From NCBI GenBank assembly GCA_028282845.1, contig JANQGY010000015.1, forward strand, positions 155,207-219,206: 64,000 nucleotides of DNA. The letters run 5' to 3'. Under the pieces are notes generated by a model. The model was not told the DNA's origin, did no database searches, and was given only the letters and a program-made list of their open reading frames with translations. Both the position numbers and the translations under genes were made by a program. Shown here one piece after another: positions 18,857 through 28,396 of this stretch (position 1 is the stretch's first letter; each line of letters begins with the position of its first letter). This DNA is from a bacterium. GTDB lineage: Bacteria; Fidelibacterota; Marinisomatia; Marinisomatales; JAHJCW01.

Positions 18857-20023
18857 TTATCCTGAGGTATAATCGGGTCCGGGAGCCTGCGGAATTCCAA
18901 TAAATACACTCATTACTTCTCCAATGCCACCCCAACCAGGAAAAACTATGTAGATAATCTTCTTTACATAGTTAAGGTATCTCATAGGGGTCATCAGTTC
19001 ACCTTCGAATAATGCGTTTACTGATAGATCATCAGGATTAAGTGTGTATAAAGTGGTTTCCCAAGCTTCGGTAAAGTACACTGTTCCGTTTTCATCAATT
19101 TCAATTCCTACCGGTGAATTGCCTTCATAGACAGCTACAGGATTTTCTAATCCGTTGGCAGTTATATCCATTCTCCACAATGTGCTGCCCCAAATTTCTG
19201 TGAAATAAAAATAGTCCCCAAAAATTCTACATGATTTTGTCTCACCACCATATGTTCCATCTTCAACTGCTTGCAATTGATTTCCCGAGGGATCTATTCG
19301 AACTACTCCACCACTACCTTGAAGTATATAAGTATTTCCTGAACCATCCCAATCAATATCGCGTACACCTTCCACTGCAGCATATTCTTCTGATGTTGAA
19401 CCATCAGGTGATATCCTTGTAACGGTACCATCCCAAGATTGACAAACATATAGCCATTTTTCAGGACCAAATCGAATTGCCCCACTAGGTCCTACTTCAG
19501 CAAAAACGGTCATATTATCATTTGTATCAATTTTATAAATGACACCATCGCCTGCCGAACCAATATAAACATTTCCATCATCATCGGCATCAACACCCAT
19601 TGGCCAATTTATATCGGTAGTAACATACTGAATTGCGTCTTTAAAAGTAAATTCACCGGAGTTACTCCAAAATTCAGATCCTTTGATCGCAACTTTTACT
19701 TCTACAGTTTGACCGGTTAGGTCTGGCGTTTCAACCTGAAGGCTAGTTGTCGACGCGGAGATTATTGTACCCACAAGCTGTCCAAATGATACTAGATTCT
19801 CATCAGCAACATTGCTAAATCCGCTACCGTTTATTGTTATTATATCCTTTAGATAGCCTTCAGAGGGAGTAATTTCAGTAATAACTGCAGGACCTTGACC
19901 GGTAGGATTAGGATCCGGATTATCTGATCCATATACAGTATGTTTTAGCTGATCACATGAATTAAGCATAAATCCCAATACAGCTATGAATCCTATAATT
20001 TTTAACAATTTAGTATTTTTCAT
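18857..20023 (-). CDS. IPT/TIG domain + beta-propeller (NHL/SMP30-like) lipoprotein
   Basis: Lipobox LNSC; PAVITEITPSEG...ITINGSGFS...V.FG...L.V.TP, then repeated P.G...D.DGNVY blades. Confidence 0.8.
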   Translation of the reverse strand: MKNTKLLKIIGFIAVLGFMLNSCDQLKHTVYGSDNPDPNPTGQGPAVITEITPSEGYLKDIITINGSGFSNVADENLVSFGQLVGTIISASTTSLQVETPDLTGQTVEVKVAIKGSEFWSNSGEFTFKDAIQYVTTDINWPMGVDADDDGNVYIGSAGDGVIYKIDTNDNMTVFAEVGPSGAIRFGPEKWLYVCQSWDGTVTRISPDGSTSEEYAAVEGVRDIDWDGSGNTYILQGSGGVVRIDPSGNQLQAVEDGTYGGETKSCRIFGDYFYFTEIWGSTLWRMDITANGLENPVAVYEGNSPVGIEIDENGTVYFTEAWETTLYTLNPDDLSVNALFEGELMTPMRYLNYVKKIIYIVFPGWGGIGEVMSVFIGIPQAPGPDYTSG

Positions 20024-20025
20024 AA

Positions 20026-21033
20026 TTAATTCCTCAAATATCTAAAGTCAAATGAAATCATATTTACTGCATCGAAATGATCGAATGCTAAATAACTGTA
20101 ATTTATGCTTAGTAATAGATTACTTATTGCTACATTCAATCCACCACCGAATGATACGCTTTCTTCATCATAATTTGTTTTATATCCGGCTCTAAGAAAC
20201 GCGAGATTTTTAAATTGGTATTCACCTCCAAAATGTAATCTTTCCGAATAATCTCTCGGATGTAGAGCATCTACAGCAAATGTTAACTTATGATCAGATT
20301 CATCTTTCCATAGGGTCATTAGATCCATTGCTAAACCGAACCTAAAGGTCAATGGTAGAGGAAAATATTCAGCTAAGTATTTTACTTCAGATGAAAAATT
20401 CTGCAATGACATACCAAATCTTAGGTCTTTAAATCCTGTATAGTACAAGGTACCTACGTCCATTGCCACTACTTCCATTTTGGCTGTATACTCTTTTGGA
20501 TCATCAAATGAGCCTTCACTATTTGATCCTAGGTTCTCATGGATATATTTAATTTGTCCTCCGAAAGAAAACTGATTCGAAACTCTTCTTCCGTAGCTAA
20601 GTCCGATAGCATAATTAGTTGGCGAAAATGTTCCTGTTTCTTCAAAACCAACTCCTGTTGCCGATCTCTTAGTACCATGAATAGTTCCCCAGTCTACATT
20701 ACTTACACTAGCGCCGATAATACCAATTTTTCCTGCATCAAATGTTACCGCACTTGAAAAAACAGATATATCAGCGATCCATTGTGTTTGATTTACTAAA
20801 ACCGTATGACCTTCAGTATGAGCAATTCCCGCAGGATTCCAGAAAATTGATTCAGCTCCACCGCCAATTGCAGTAAATGCTCCTCCCATCGCAGAGGCTC
20901 TTGCTCCATTTGGAATAGAAAGCCATTTCATTCCTGATTGAGCTACTTTCTTTATTCCATCTCCATAAGCTATGTTGGAAAAGCAAAGCGATAGGGTTAC
21001 CAAAAGCAAAATATTTTTGTATGTAATTCTCAT
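20026..21033 (-). CDS. PorV/PorQ family outer-membrane beta-barrel
   Basis: KKVAQSGMKWLSIPNGARASAMGGAFTA...SIFWNPAGIA, LPLTFRFG, GGEY..LRAGYK. Start set at ATG 21033 (GGAGG RBS). Confidence 0.85.
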   Translation of the reverse strand: MRITYKNILLLVTLSLCFSNIAYGDGIKKVAQSGMKWLSIPNGARASAMGGAFTAIGGGAESIFWNPAGIAHTEGHTVLVNQTQWIADISVFSSAVTFDAGKIGIIGASVSNVDWGTIHGTKRSATGVGFEETGTFSPTNYAIGLSYGRRVSNQFSFGGQIKYIHENLGSNSEGSFDDPKEYTAKMEVVAMDVGTLYYTGFKDLRFGMSLQNFSSEVKYLAEYFPLPLTFRFGLAMDLMTLWKDESDHKLTFAVDALHPRDYSERLHFGGEYQFKNLAFLRAGYKTNYDEESVSFGGGLNVAISNLLLSINYSYLAFDHFDAVNMISFDFRYLRN

Positions 21034-21080
21034 TATATACCTCCAATAATTATTACTTTGTTTGTGATTAGTATTCATGA

Positions 21081-23183
21081 CTATCTTATAATCACAAATT
21101 TCTCTATCGCTCCTGCGATAGATTTCCCATTAATATCCTTTGCGTTATCTACTTGCAGTATATAAACACCACTAGCGATTAGCTGATTCGATTCTGTAAC
21201 CTGATCCCAACTGGCATCACCACTACCACTTGTATGCTCAATTGTTTTAATCAAATCACCTGTTGCAGTGTAGATTCTCAAAGTACAATAAGGAGGTAAG
21301 TTGACAAATAACAGTCTGTTGTCATCACCAGTGAAGTTAAAATCTCCAGCCTGCACAATATATGGATTAGGTACAATTCTAACTTTTTTAGCATTAATAG
21401 CACCCGGTTCAAAAGCATATGCTGCTATTTCGCTTCTATTGGCGTAAATAGAGCTTTCAAGTTGTTTACCAGGATATATACCATTATTACCGGTTCCATT
21501 ACTAACGGCTGAAACAGCATAATGATATGCTTCTCCCCTGACAACACTATTGTCTTCATATGTCATTTGACTTGCTGAAATATTATCTTCAATAACTTCC
21601 CACACAAGGTGAGTACCATCTGCATTTAATTCGCTATAGGTATCAACTAAAAACTCACCTTTTTTTCGATATATTTTAAAATGATCAACATTACCCGGGT
21701 CTTCAACATAATTCCAATCCAATGTAATTTTTTCTGGTCCTGATGTCACATTTAGATTAGGTGCAGGAGGTGCCTGACCTACATCGAGTGTATTAGTCCA
21801 AGCCCATAGAGCCCTATCCATTGATTGGAATAATGAGTCTTTACCTGTTGCTAGTAATGCATTCTTTGCTTCATCGTCAAAATTAGCGCCGGGAACATCC
21901 CTGTACCAGTCCCTCCACTCAAGACCTTTTTCTATAGCCAGTTCACGCGAAATGCCGTTTGCACCGACAGCATATACAATAGTAACCGACTCCCCCTTAT
22001 TAAAATTATATGGACCAAAGGCTTGAAATGGGTACTCGTCTTCTTGACTGGAAGCATCATCCGGCCAACCAGCTTGTTCTTCAACAGTTTGGCGAGTTCC
22101 TGAAGCTGCCCAATCCCATACCGTTGCAAAACCAGGAAAATCTTGGTCCCATACATTATATATGCTCATATTACCAATGATTGATACAGGCTGATTTGGA
22201 TCATCCGAGCTATTACTAGTTGATGCATCTGCTTGGAGGGCAGAAAATCCTGCATAGGCTGTTGATACAAATTCACCAGATGGTAATGGTGTTGCTCCAC
22301 CAGATCCAATTGCGAACCTTGGATCTCCCGTATCATCAAATGGTTTACCACCCGGTTCAAATTCTACAATTTCAGGATGATCACCGTCCCAACCATATGA
22401 TACAAACAGATTTCTTCCTCCGCCAACTAAATCTGATTCGAATTCTTCAAAAGTTGCCCAATCATCTTTAGCTTCTTCATACCATCTCGAATACGTAATC
22501 CATGTTCCTTCAGCAGTTTGCGGACTATACCCTACTAAAAAATATACATTTTCCATAGTTTGTGAATCATCTGTATCCGGCTCATTATCCCTGTCCCAAT
22601 CAAACGTACAAGTATATGTATTTTCAACAATTACATAATCATTGTGATAATGATTAGCAAAGGAATATGATTTACTTGATACGTCAAAACCAGGATATGC
22701 TTTATATTTAACCTCAATCATTTGGTCAGAAGGCAAATCTGGATCTACCATCCCCTTAAATGATCTTGAGGACTGTAACAATTTCCCTTCAGAATAGACC
22801 CACACTTCTGGCGGTGCATATTTCCTATATTCAAATATACCGTATGGTTCTTCATTAAAAGAGACCGGATAAAGGAACACCTCCTTAGAATGATTCACTC
22901 CTGCTGAGTCCACCCAATTTCCTATTGCAAATCCACTATTATAAAACACTACAGTCGATGATCGATATTGATCTTGCGGCCATTCACCAGTTGGGTCTGA
23001 ATCATTTGTATTTAGGGCATCTTCTGAATCAATCCGCAATTTATAATCTCCTAAATCGTGTGTACGTGTTTGTGCAAATAAAACAATCTGGAGACTAAAC
23101 AAGGAAATAACTACTATCTTGACCAACGACCAACTCATTAATAATTGAGATCTATATTGCTTCATTGTTTTTTTTCTTTTCAT
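21081..23183 (-). CDS. Secreted protein with FN3 domain and T9SS/FlgD-like C-terminal domain
   Basis: Signal peptide; FGPY; PPAPNL..ITLDW..FKIYR..YHYAVSA (FN3); IVPNPY..FVNLP..IYTATGDLIKTIEH..WDQ..IASGVY..KFVIIR. Confidence 0.75.
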   Translation of the reverse strand: MKRKKTMKQYRSQLLMSWSLVKIVVISLFSLQIVLFAQTRTHDLGDYKLRIDSEDALNTNDSDPTGEWPQDQYRSSTVVFYNSGFAIGNWVDSAGVNHSKEVFLYPVSFNEEPYGIFEYRKYAPPEVWVYSEGKLLQSSRSFKGMVDPDLPSDQMIEVKYKAYPGFDVSSKSYSFANHYHNDYVIVENTYTCTFDWDRDNEPDTDDSQTMENVYFLVGYSPQTAEGTWITYSRWYEEAKDDWATFEEFESDLVGGGRNLFVSYGWDGDHPEIVEFEPGGKPFDDTGDPRFAIGSGGATPLPSGEFVSTAYAGFSALQADASTSNSSDDPNQPVSIIGNMSIYNVWDQDFPGFATVWDWAASGTRQTVEEQAGWPDDASSQEDEYPFQAFGPYNFNKGESVTIVYAVGANGISRELAIEKGLEWRDWYRDVPGANFDDEAKNALLATGKDSLFQSMDRALWAWTNTLDVGQAPPAPNLNVTSGPEKITLDWNYVEDPGNVDHFKIYRKKGEFLVDTYSELNADGTHLVWEVIEDNISASQMTYEDNSVVRGEAYHYAVSAVSNGTGNNGIYPGKQLESSIYANRSEIAAYAFEPGAINAKKVRIVPNPYIVQAGDFNFTGDDNRLLFVNLPPYCTLRIYTATGDLIKTIEHTSGSGDASWDQVTESNQLIASGVYILQVDNAKDINGKSIAGAIEKFVIIR

Positions 23184-23192
23184 TTTTTCCGC

Positions 23193-26174
23193 CTATAATT
23201 GAATTTTTATACCGAACCAGAAGTATCTTGGATTGATAAAATGCGCCCAATCATTCCAACCTAGTTCAATATAATCTTGTTCGTGGTCACCCAATTTATC
23301 GTTCCCTTTTTGTTCACCAGTTTCATGCGGGAATCGTAGTGAATCAATATATTTATTCCAATAAAGTGGCGAAGGGAATCCTTTAAAATTGAATAAGTTC
23401 TTCACCTGCATATATACACTTAATTTAGCGTTAGCCATTTTGAGCCTCTTCTCAACCATTAAATCAGTATTCCACCAATCTATTACCTCAACATAATGCT
23501 GATCGCTCAATCGGGCTTCAGGATTAATCAGTTCTTTACCACCATCGGACCACTCCTGAATGATATTCAGTCTCCAGTCTCCTAAAATACTCTGTCCAAA
23601 GAGTTTAGGTCCAAATTTATCAGGCGTCTTAAAGGTCAGATTTGCCGTTACTGACGGCACCGGATTGTATCTTTCTTGATTCGTTTGTTCCCGTTGTTCA
23701 TCTGCTTTCTGTCTGTCCTCATAAACGTATCGTAATCCAGTATAACCTACGCTTCGTACCATATAATCCAATGTTACCCAACCATACCACCAATCTCCGA
23801 ATCTCTTCTCGAATTTCATTTCTAATCCTCTGATATCTTCATAGCTATTGTTCGACCAAGTTTCAATATCATTGTCACTATCAATCGAAACTATATTCTG
23901 AAGACTTAACTGATCGGATACATCTTTATAGTATCCCATCAGATGAAGTAGTATATTGTCACCAATACCCTTTTGTAAACCAATCTCATAGGAAATAGTT
24001 TTGGGCCAGTTAGCCTGTATATTTGGAATTGTTGCGCCTCTAGAATATGGTCTAATTGTAAACAATCTATCGGTTACCGGCGGTTGATATAGATGATTAT
24101 AGTTAAAGAATACTTTACTATTTTCTGTTACCGGATGAGATACTCCCAATCTTGGGCTTACATACAGTTTATAGGCTTTTTCATCGGTAGTTAAATCGTC
24201 AAATGAGTTATCATTTTCTCTGAAATATGAAAGCGTGTAAGGTAACTCAGTAAAGATGTAGTTTGGGTCTAAGTTAAATGGAGTAGTACCTGGATCAAGA
24301 TAATCAAATCGCAATCCTACATTTGCGATCATACCTTCATATTCTATTTTATCCTGAATATATCCAGAAATATTGATAGGAGACTCATCGTAATACCACC
24401 AATTACCGGGTGCCTCTTCATATGGTTCTGTAGTTGCACCATGATTTATCTCTCGTCTTTCTTGAAAATTAGTGTAGGAGAGTTCTAATCCTGTTTTAAT
24501 CTCATTATTTCGGTTAATTTGTGAGGTTAAATCAAAACCAATGCGAATTCCATTGTACTTAGAATGATCCTGCCCTCTTCCACCTCCAGACATTAAGAAA
24601 TCACCGAGAATATCGTACTGTTCAATTATAGAACCAATTTCACTACCAACATATCCAAATGGAGCTTCGTCATAATAATTGTTTCCTATCTTTTTAACTC
24701 CTGAAGTATCTCTAAGAGCGATAGGCTCTTGAATTGTTCTATAATTTGTATATTCGATATTTATATCATAAAAAGTCTTATGACTCAGTACGTGATTTAG
24801 CGATAATCCTCCTCTATACTGATAACTTTCTATTGGATTATAATTAGCGTCGTGCCACATATATCTCCAATACAATGCATCTCTTGCAAACTGGGTTCCC
24901 TGCCTTGTACCTGTGATCATACCAATACTATCATCATATATTGAACCGCTAATACCTGTTGAAACCATATAAGTATTAACGAGAGATAATTTCATCCCCG
25001 GTTTCGGGAACATGGTAAATTTGAGTATTGAAGAACTATTTATGGAGTTATTCCGACTGAATGGATATGCTAGCTGCATGTCTTCATATCTCTGTGAAAA
25101 TAAAAACGTCACAGGTAAGAATGGAACTTTTCCACTTATTGAGAAATCAACTACAGCATCAGGTTTGTTTGCATATTTCCTAATTCTGTGCTGCCATTTC
25201 CATACCTCTAAAGCTTCTTGTGGAGTAAGATTATTATTTGGATCGGGATCCGCTAGAAACTGACGAGTCACTTCATTCCAGCCGACAAATGTAAATGGAT
25301 ACTGTCCATTATCTACCATTTCTTGTGTTACGCCTGTGAATGCATCATCACCAGCATAGACTTTCCAGAAAGGACCGTCAATACTATATGGGCTAGGCCC
25401 AAAATGTTTTTTCTGTGGAGGTCCGTATCTTAAATCGAAATCCAAACTATATTTATCTAAACTACCATCTTTAGTAATGACATTTACCATTCCGGATCTA
25501 ACATTTCCAAATTCAGCGCTAAATCCACCAGTCAGAATCTCAACTTCTTTTATAGCAGTTAAATTCAAACCTGTCATTGGTTGTTGGTTCCTTTCGTTTC
25601 TTGTCGAGATTCCGTCAACCACTATATCGGTTTCATTTATATCACCACCGCGAACAACCAGTCCCGTTCCTTCTGAAGATGCTTGCATACTTATTCCAGC
25701 TTCAGATGCCAATATTTCTTCAAAATTATCGAGAGGTCTGTTGCGAACATCTTCTGCAGTAACAATTATCTGACTTGAAGAAACATCCATTTGAACTGGC
25801 GGCCTTTGAGTTTCAACAATAACAGTCTCACCTTGAATTGCTTCCGTAATTAATGCAAAATCAGCATTTGTGGTTTGATTAATACTTACCTTAACATTCT
25901 CCAAAATCGTTTCGGCATAACCAATCATCTGTGCAGATAATCGATACGTATCGGGCGATATATTAATTAGGATAAAATAACCATTCTGATCTGTTGATGT
26001 ACCAATATCTGTGCCTTCTAGTATGATATTAACACCAACTAACGGATCATTTGATTCTGAATCAATAACGCGTCCGGATATTTTACCTGTTGCGCCAAAT
26101 AAACCACTGACACTTATAAGTAAAACTATCAAAAATACAAATAAGTTCTTGCATCTATGTTGATAGGCGTCCAT
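23193..26174 (-). CDS. TonB-dependent receptor with N-terminal carboxypeptidase-regulatory-like domain
   Basis: TGKISGRVIDSE..PLVGVNI..GTSTDQNGYF; plug VRGG..E..VDG and ILTGGFSAEFGNVRSGMVNVITK; SPRLGVSHPVT; C-terminal PRYFWFGIKIQL. Start set at ATG 26174 (GGAGG RBS). Confidence 0.9.
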   Translation of the reverse strand: MDAYQHRCKNLFVFLIVLLISVSGLFGATGKISGRVIDSESNDPLVGVNIILEGTDIGTSTDQNGYFILINISPDTYRLSAQMIGYAETILENVKVSINQTTNADFALITEAIQGETVIVETQRPPVQMDVSSSQIIVTAEDVRNRPLDNFEEILASEAGISMQASSEGTGLVVRGGDINETDIVVDGISTRNERNQQPMTGLNLTAIKEVEILTGGFSAEFGNVRSGMVNVITKDGSLDKYSLDFDLRYGPPQKKHFGPSPYSIDGPFWKVYAGDDAFTGVTQEMVDNGQYPFTFVGWNEVTRQFLADPDPNNNLTPQEALEVWKWQHRIRKYANKPDAVVDFSISGKVPFLPVTFLFSQRYEDMQLAYPFSRNNSINSSSILKFTMFPKPGMKLSLVNTYMVSTGISGSIYDDSIGMITGTRQGTQFARDALYWRYMWHDANYNPIESYQYRGGLSLNHVLSHKTFYDINIEYTNYRTIQEPIALRDTSGVKKIGNNYYDEAPFGYVGSEIGSIIEQYDILGDFLMSGGGRGQDHSKYNGIRIGFDLTSQINRNNEIKTGLELSYTNFQERREINHGATTEPYEEAPGNWWYYDESPINISGYIQDKIEYEGMIANVGLRFDYLDPGTTPFNLDPNYIFTELPYTLSYFRENDNSFDDLTTDEKAYKLYVSPRLGVSHPVTENSKVFFNYNHLYQPPVTDRLFTIRPYSRGATIPNIQANWPKTISYEIGLQKGIGDNILLHLMGYYKDVSDQLSLQNIVSIDSDNDIETWSNNSYEDIRGLEMKFEKRFGDWWYGWVTLDYMVRSVGYTGLRYVYEDRQKADEQREQTNQERYNPVPSVTANLTFKTPDKFGPKLFGQSILGDWRLNIIQEWSDGGKELINPEARLSDQHYVEVIDWWNTDLMVEKRLKMANAKLSVYMQVKNLFNFKGFPSPLYWNKYIDSLRFPHETGEQKGNDKLGDHEQDYIELGWNDWAHFINPRYFWFGIKIQL

Positions 26175-26221
26175 TATGTGATCCTCCTTTGATTTAAATG
26201 TTAGAGAATTCATTTTTAAAA

Positions 26222-27529
26222 TTATTTGTAATCATATTGCCAATTTGGATTTTGAATCTCATCTTCGTGAGTAGAATGGACTAATTTATATTCTCCATCC
26301 TCTAACCTGTCGACAAATATAAATTCCTTTACCCCGGTTATAGCATAATACCACTTCTCGATAGGTTTATTTGCATAGGTATTAGAAAAATCTCTATCAA
26401 CCTCTACCGGAGTGCCATATAGTATAAAAATTCTAGCCATATCAGAATCAACTCCTCCTCTAAAGTGTGATTCACAATATTCCAACCTATTGAAGTGTTC
26501 TATAAAGAATTCATTTTTATCTGTTGACGGGTCTGGATCTCTACGATTCCAAAAATTTATTATAAACTGCTGTTTACCTTCCTTCGATAACTTTTTAAAA
26601 ATCTTTTTTTCTTCATTTGTGGCGATATACTTGATCTGTTTTAAATATTTTTTAATATCGCTTTTTTCCATAGGAATCAATTCATTAATACCTAACTCAA
26701 CATCCGATAATGTAAAATGCCGGCTTTGGGATATGTTTTCACCGGTTGAAAGATCATTAATTAAAATTGTTAAATTGTATTCTCCAATTTCAATATCTTC
26801 AATACCTACGATTTCAATTCTTGTAGCATCAAATGCAGTAGATCGTACAGAATCCTGCTTAGATGATTCTATAATGTTGTCGTTATGGTCGGTTATTTCG
26901 TAGTGATGAGTATACCAAGTCGGATTACCATCTGAATAAGACAGGTTATTAACTTGATAATAAACATAGAGCTTTTTTTGAGCAGTTTTCGTATTAATAT
27001 TTTTAACGGTATATGGAATTAAATTGAGACCACCTTTATAGAACTTTGTTTTATTCTCCCCCTTTACAATCTTTTTGATAAAGACTAAATCACTTATTGA
27101 TAGCTTGTCGTCAAATTTCTTCACCGGTAAAGCAACATCAATGATGCTATTCTTTTCAATAACTTTATCAGTAAATGACATATAAATTAATAGAGTATCC
27201 TGTACTGTGTTGATTCTATCCATCGCTAAATAGAAGGTATTGTTATTGTAAATATAGTCGGCGATATCGATTTTTTTATCCAGTATCATCTTACCGTTAT
27301 TAGCCTTAACAATAATCTCTAACTCCTGACTTTTATCTGGTTCACCAACGCTGATATACTTACTATAGGACAAGTCCAAAGAGTAGGTCAACTCGATAAT
27401 AGTACTGTCATTTACACCTTTAAATTGTGGTGCGTAAAGATATATTTTTAAATCATCTTTAGACTCAAATGTCATACCGTTTAAAATATGAACTAACAGA
27501 AGTGATATGATTAATATGTATCTTGACAT
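26222..27529 (-). CDS. GWxTD-domain protein (variant motif)
   Basis: FWNRRDPDPSTDKNEFFIEHFNRLEY...GGVDSDMARIFILYGTP...EKWYY...FIFVD..GEYKLVHS. Confidence 0.8.
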   Translation of the reverse strand: MSRYILIISLLLVHILNGMTFESKDDLKIYLYAPQFKGVNDSTIIELTYSLDLSYSKYISVGEPDKSQELEIIVKANNGKMILDKKIDIADYIYNNNTFYLAMDRINTVQDTLLIYMSFTDKVIEKNSIIDVALPVKKFDDKLSISDLVFIKKIVKGENKTKFYKGGLNLIPYTVKNINTKTAQKKLYVYYQVNNLSYSDGNPTWYTHHYEITDHNDNIIESSKQDSVRSTAFDATRIEIVGIEDIEIGEYNLTILINDLSTGENISQSRHFTLSDVELGINELIPMEKSDIKKYLKQIKYIATNEEKKIFKKLSKEGKQQFIINFWNRRDPDPSTDKNEFFIEHFNRLEYCESHFRGGVDSDMARIFILYGTPVEVDRDFSNTYANKPIEKWYYAITGVKEFIFVDRLEDGEYKLVHSTHEDEIQNPNWQYDYK

Positions 27530-27532
27530 TTG

Positions 27533-28396
27533 TTAATCTGCCATCAAATAGGCTGCTAAAATTGCTAGAACCATGCCAATAATTATTATGGGATGTGGAA
27601 TAACCTGGTAAATTGCCAATGAAATCATTATTGTTAACACAGGTGCACCGGCGTTTATAAGCGGACTAACAATAATTGCCTTTCCATACCTAAGAGCATA
27701 AACTAAACAGAGCGCACCGACAGCATTAAGTATCTGAATCATCGCAGCTAAATACGGACCTTTAAAACTCCAATTTATATCTAAGGAAAAATCAGTCATC
27801 ATAAGTGCGAATGGTATGAGAAGAAGTCCGGTAACCATCATATAAAAGAAAATACTTTCAGCTTTCATAGTCTCATTCGCGAATTTCATAATATATGCTT
27901 GGAATCCCCACGCGAAAAACACTAAAAGTGACAACCCTAGCCAAAATGAACCGGATGATCCTCCTTCTTGAGGCGGTTGATAAGACAAAAATAGTATTGC
28001 AATTAATGCAATAACTATTCCCAACCACCCTTTTTTACCTGTCCGCTCTTTCAAAAACCAATAGGACAATAAAATTGTAATAACGGGAGAGAGCGATATG
28101 ATAGGAAACACTAAGTATGCCGGACCGTTTCTCAAGGCTTGAAATAGAATTAATTGACCGCCTGCACCTGTGAAACCGATAACTAATCCTAGAAAGATAG
28201 ATTTCAGATCAAATTCCAACTTCCACTTTATAATCTTAAGTGCTACTAAAGCCGGAGGAATCATTGTAAATGCCCAAACCGTATACCCAAGAGTGGCAGG
28301 AAATCCTGCTTTTTCCGGAATCTCAATAAGGGCGCCCCAAACGCCCCAAAAACTAACTGTTACTATAGTAAATATATGCCAATTTTTAAGTTTCAC
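27533..28396 (-). CDS. EamA/DMT family transporter
   Basis: About 10 TM in two repeats; FWGVWG, LKERTGKKGWLGI. GTG start overlapping the upstream stop is preferred over 28429. Confidence 0.85.
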   Translation of the reverse strand: MKLKNWHIFTIVTVSFWGVWGALIEIPEKAGFPATLGYTVWAFTMIPPALVALKIIKWKLEFDLKSIFLGLVIGFTGAGGQLILFQALRNGPAYLVFPIISLSPVITILLSYWFLKERTGKKGWLGIVIALIAILFLSYQPPQEGGSSGSFWLGLSLLVFFAWGFQAYIMKFANETMKAESIFFYMMVTGLLLIPFALMMTDFSLDINWSFKGPYLAAMIQILNAVGALCLVYALRYGKAIIVSPLINAGAPVLTIMISLAIYQVIPHPIIIIGMVLAILAAYLMAD

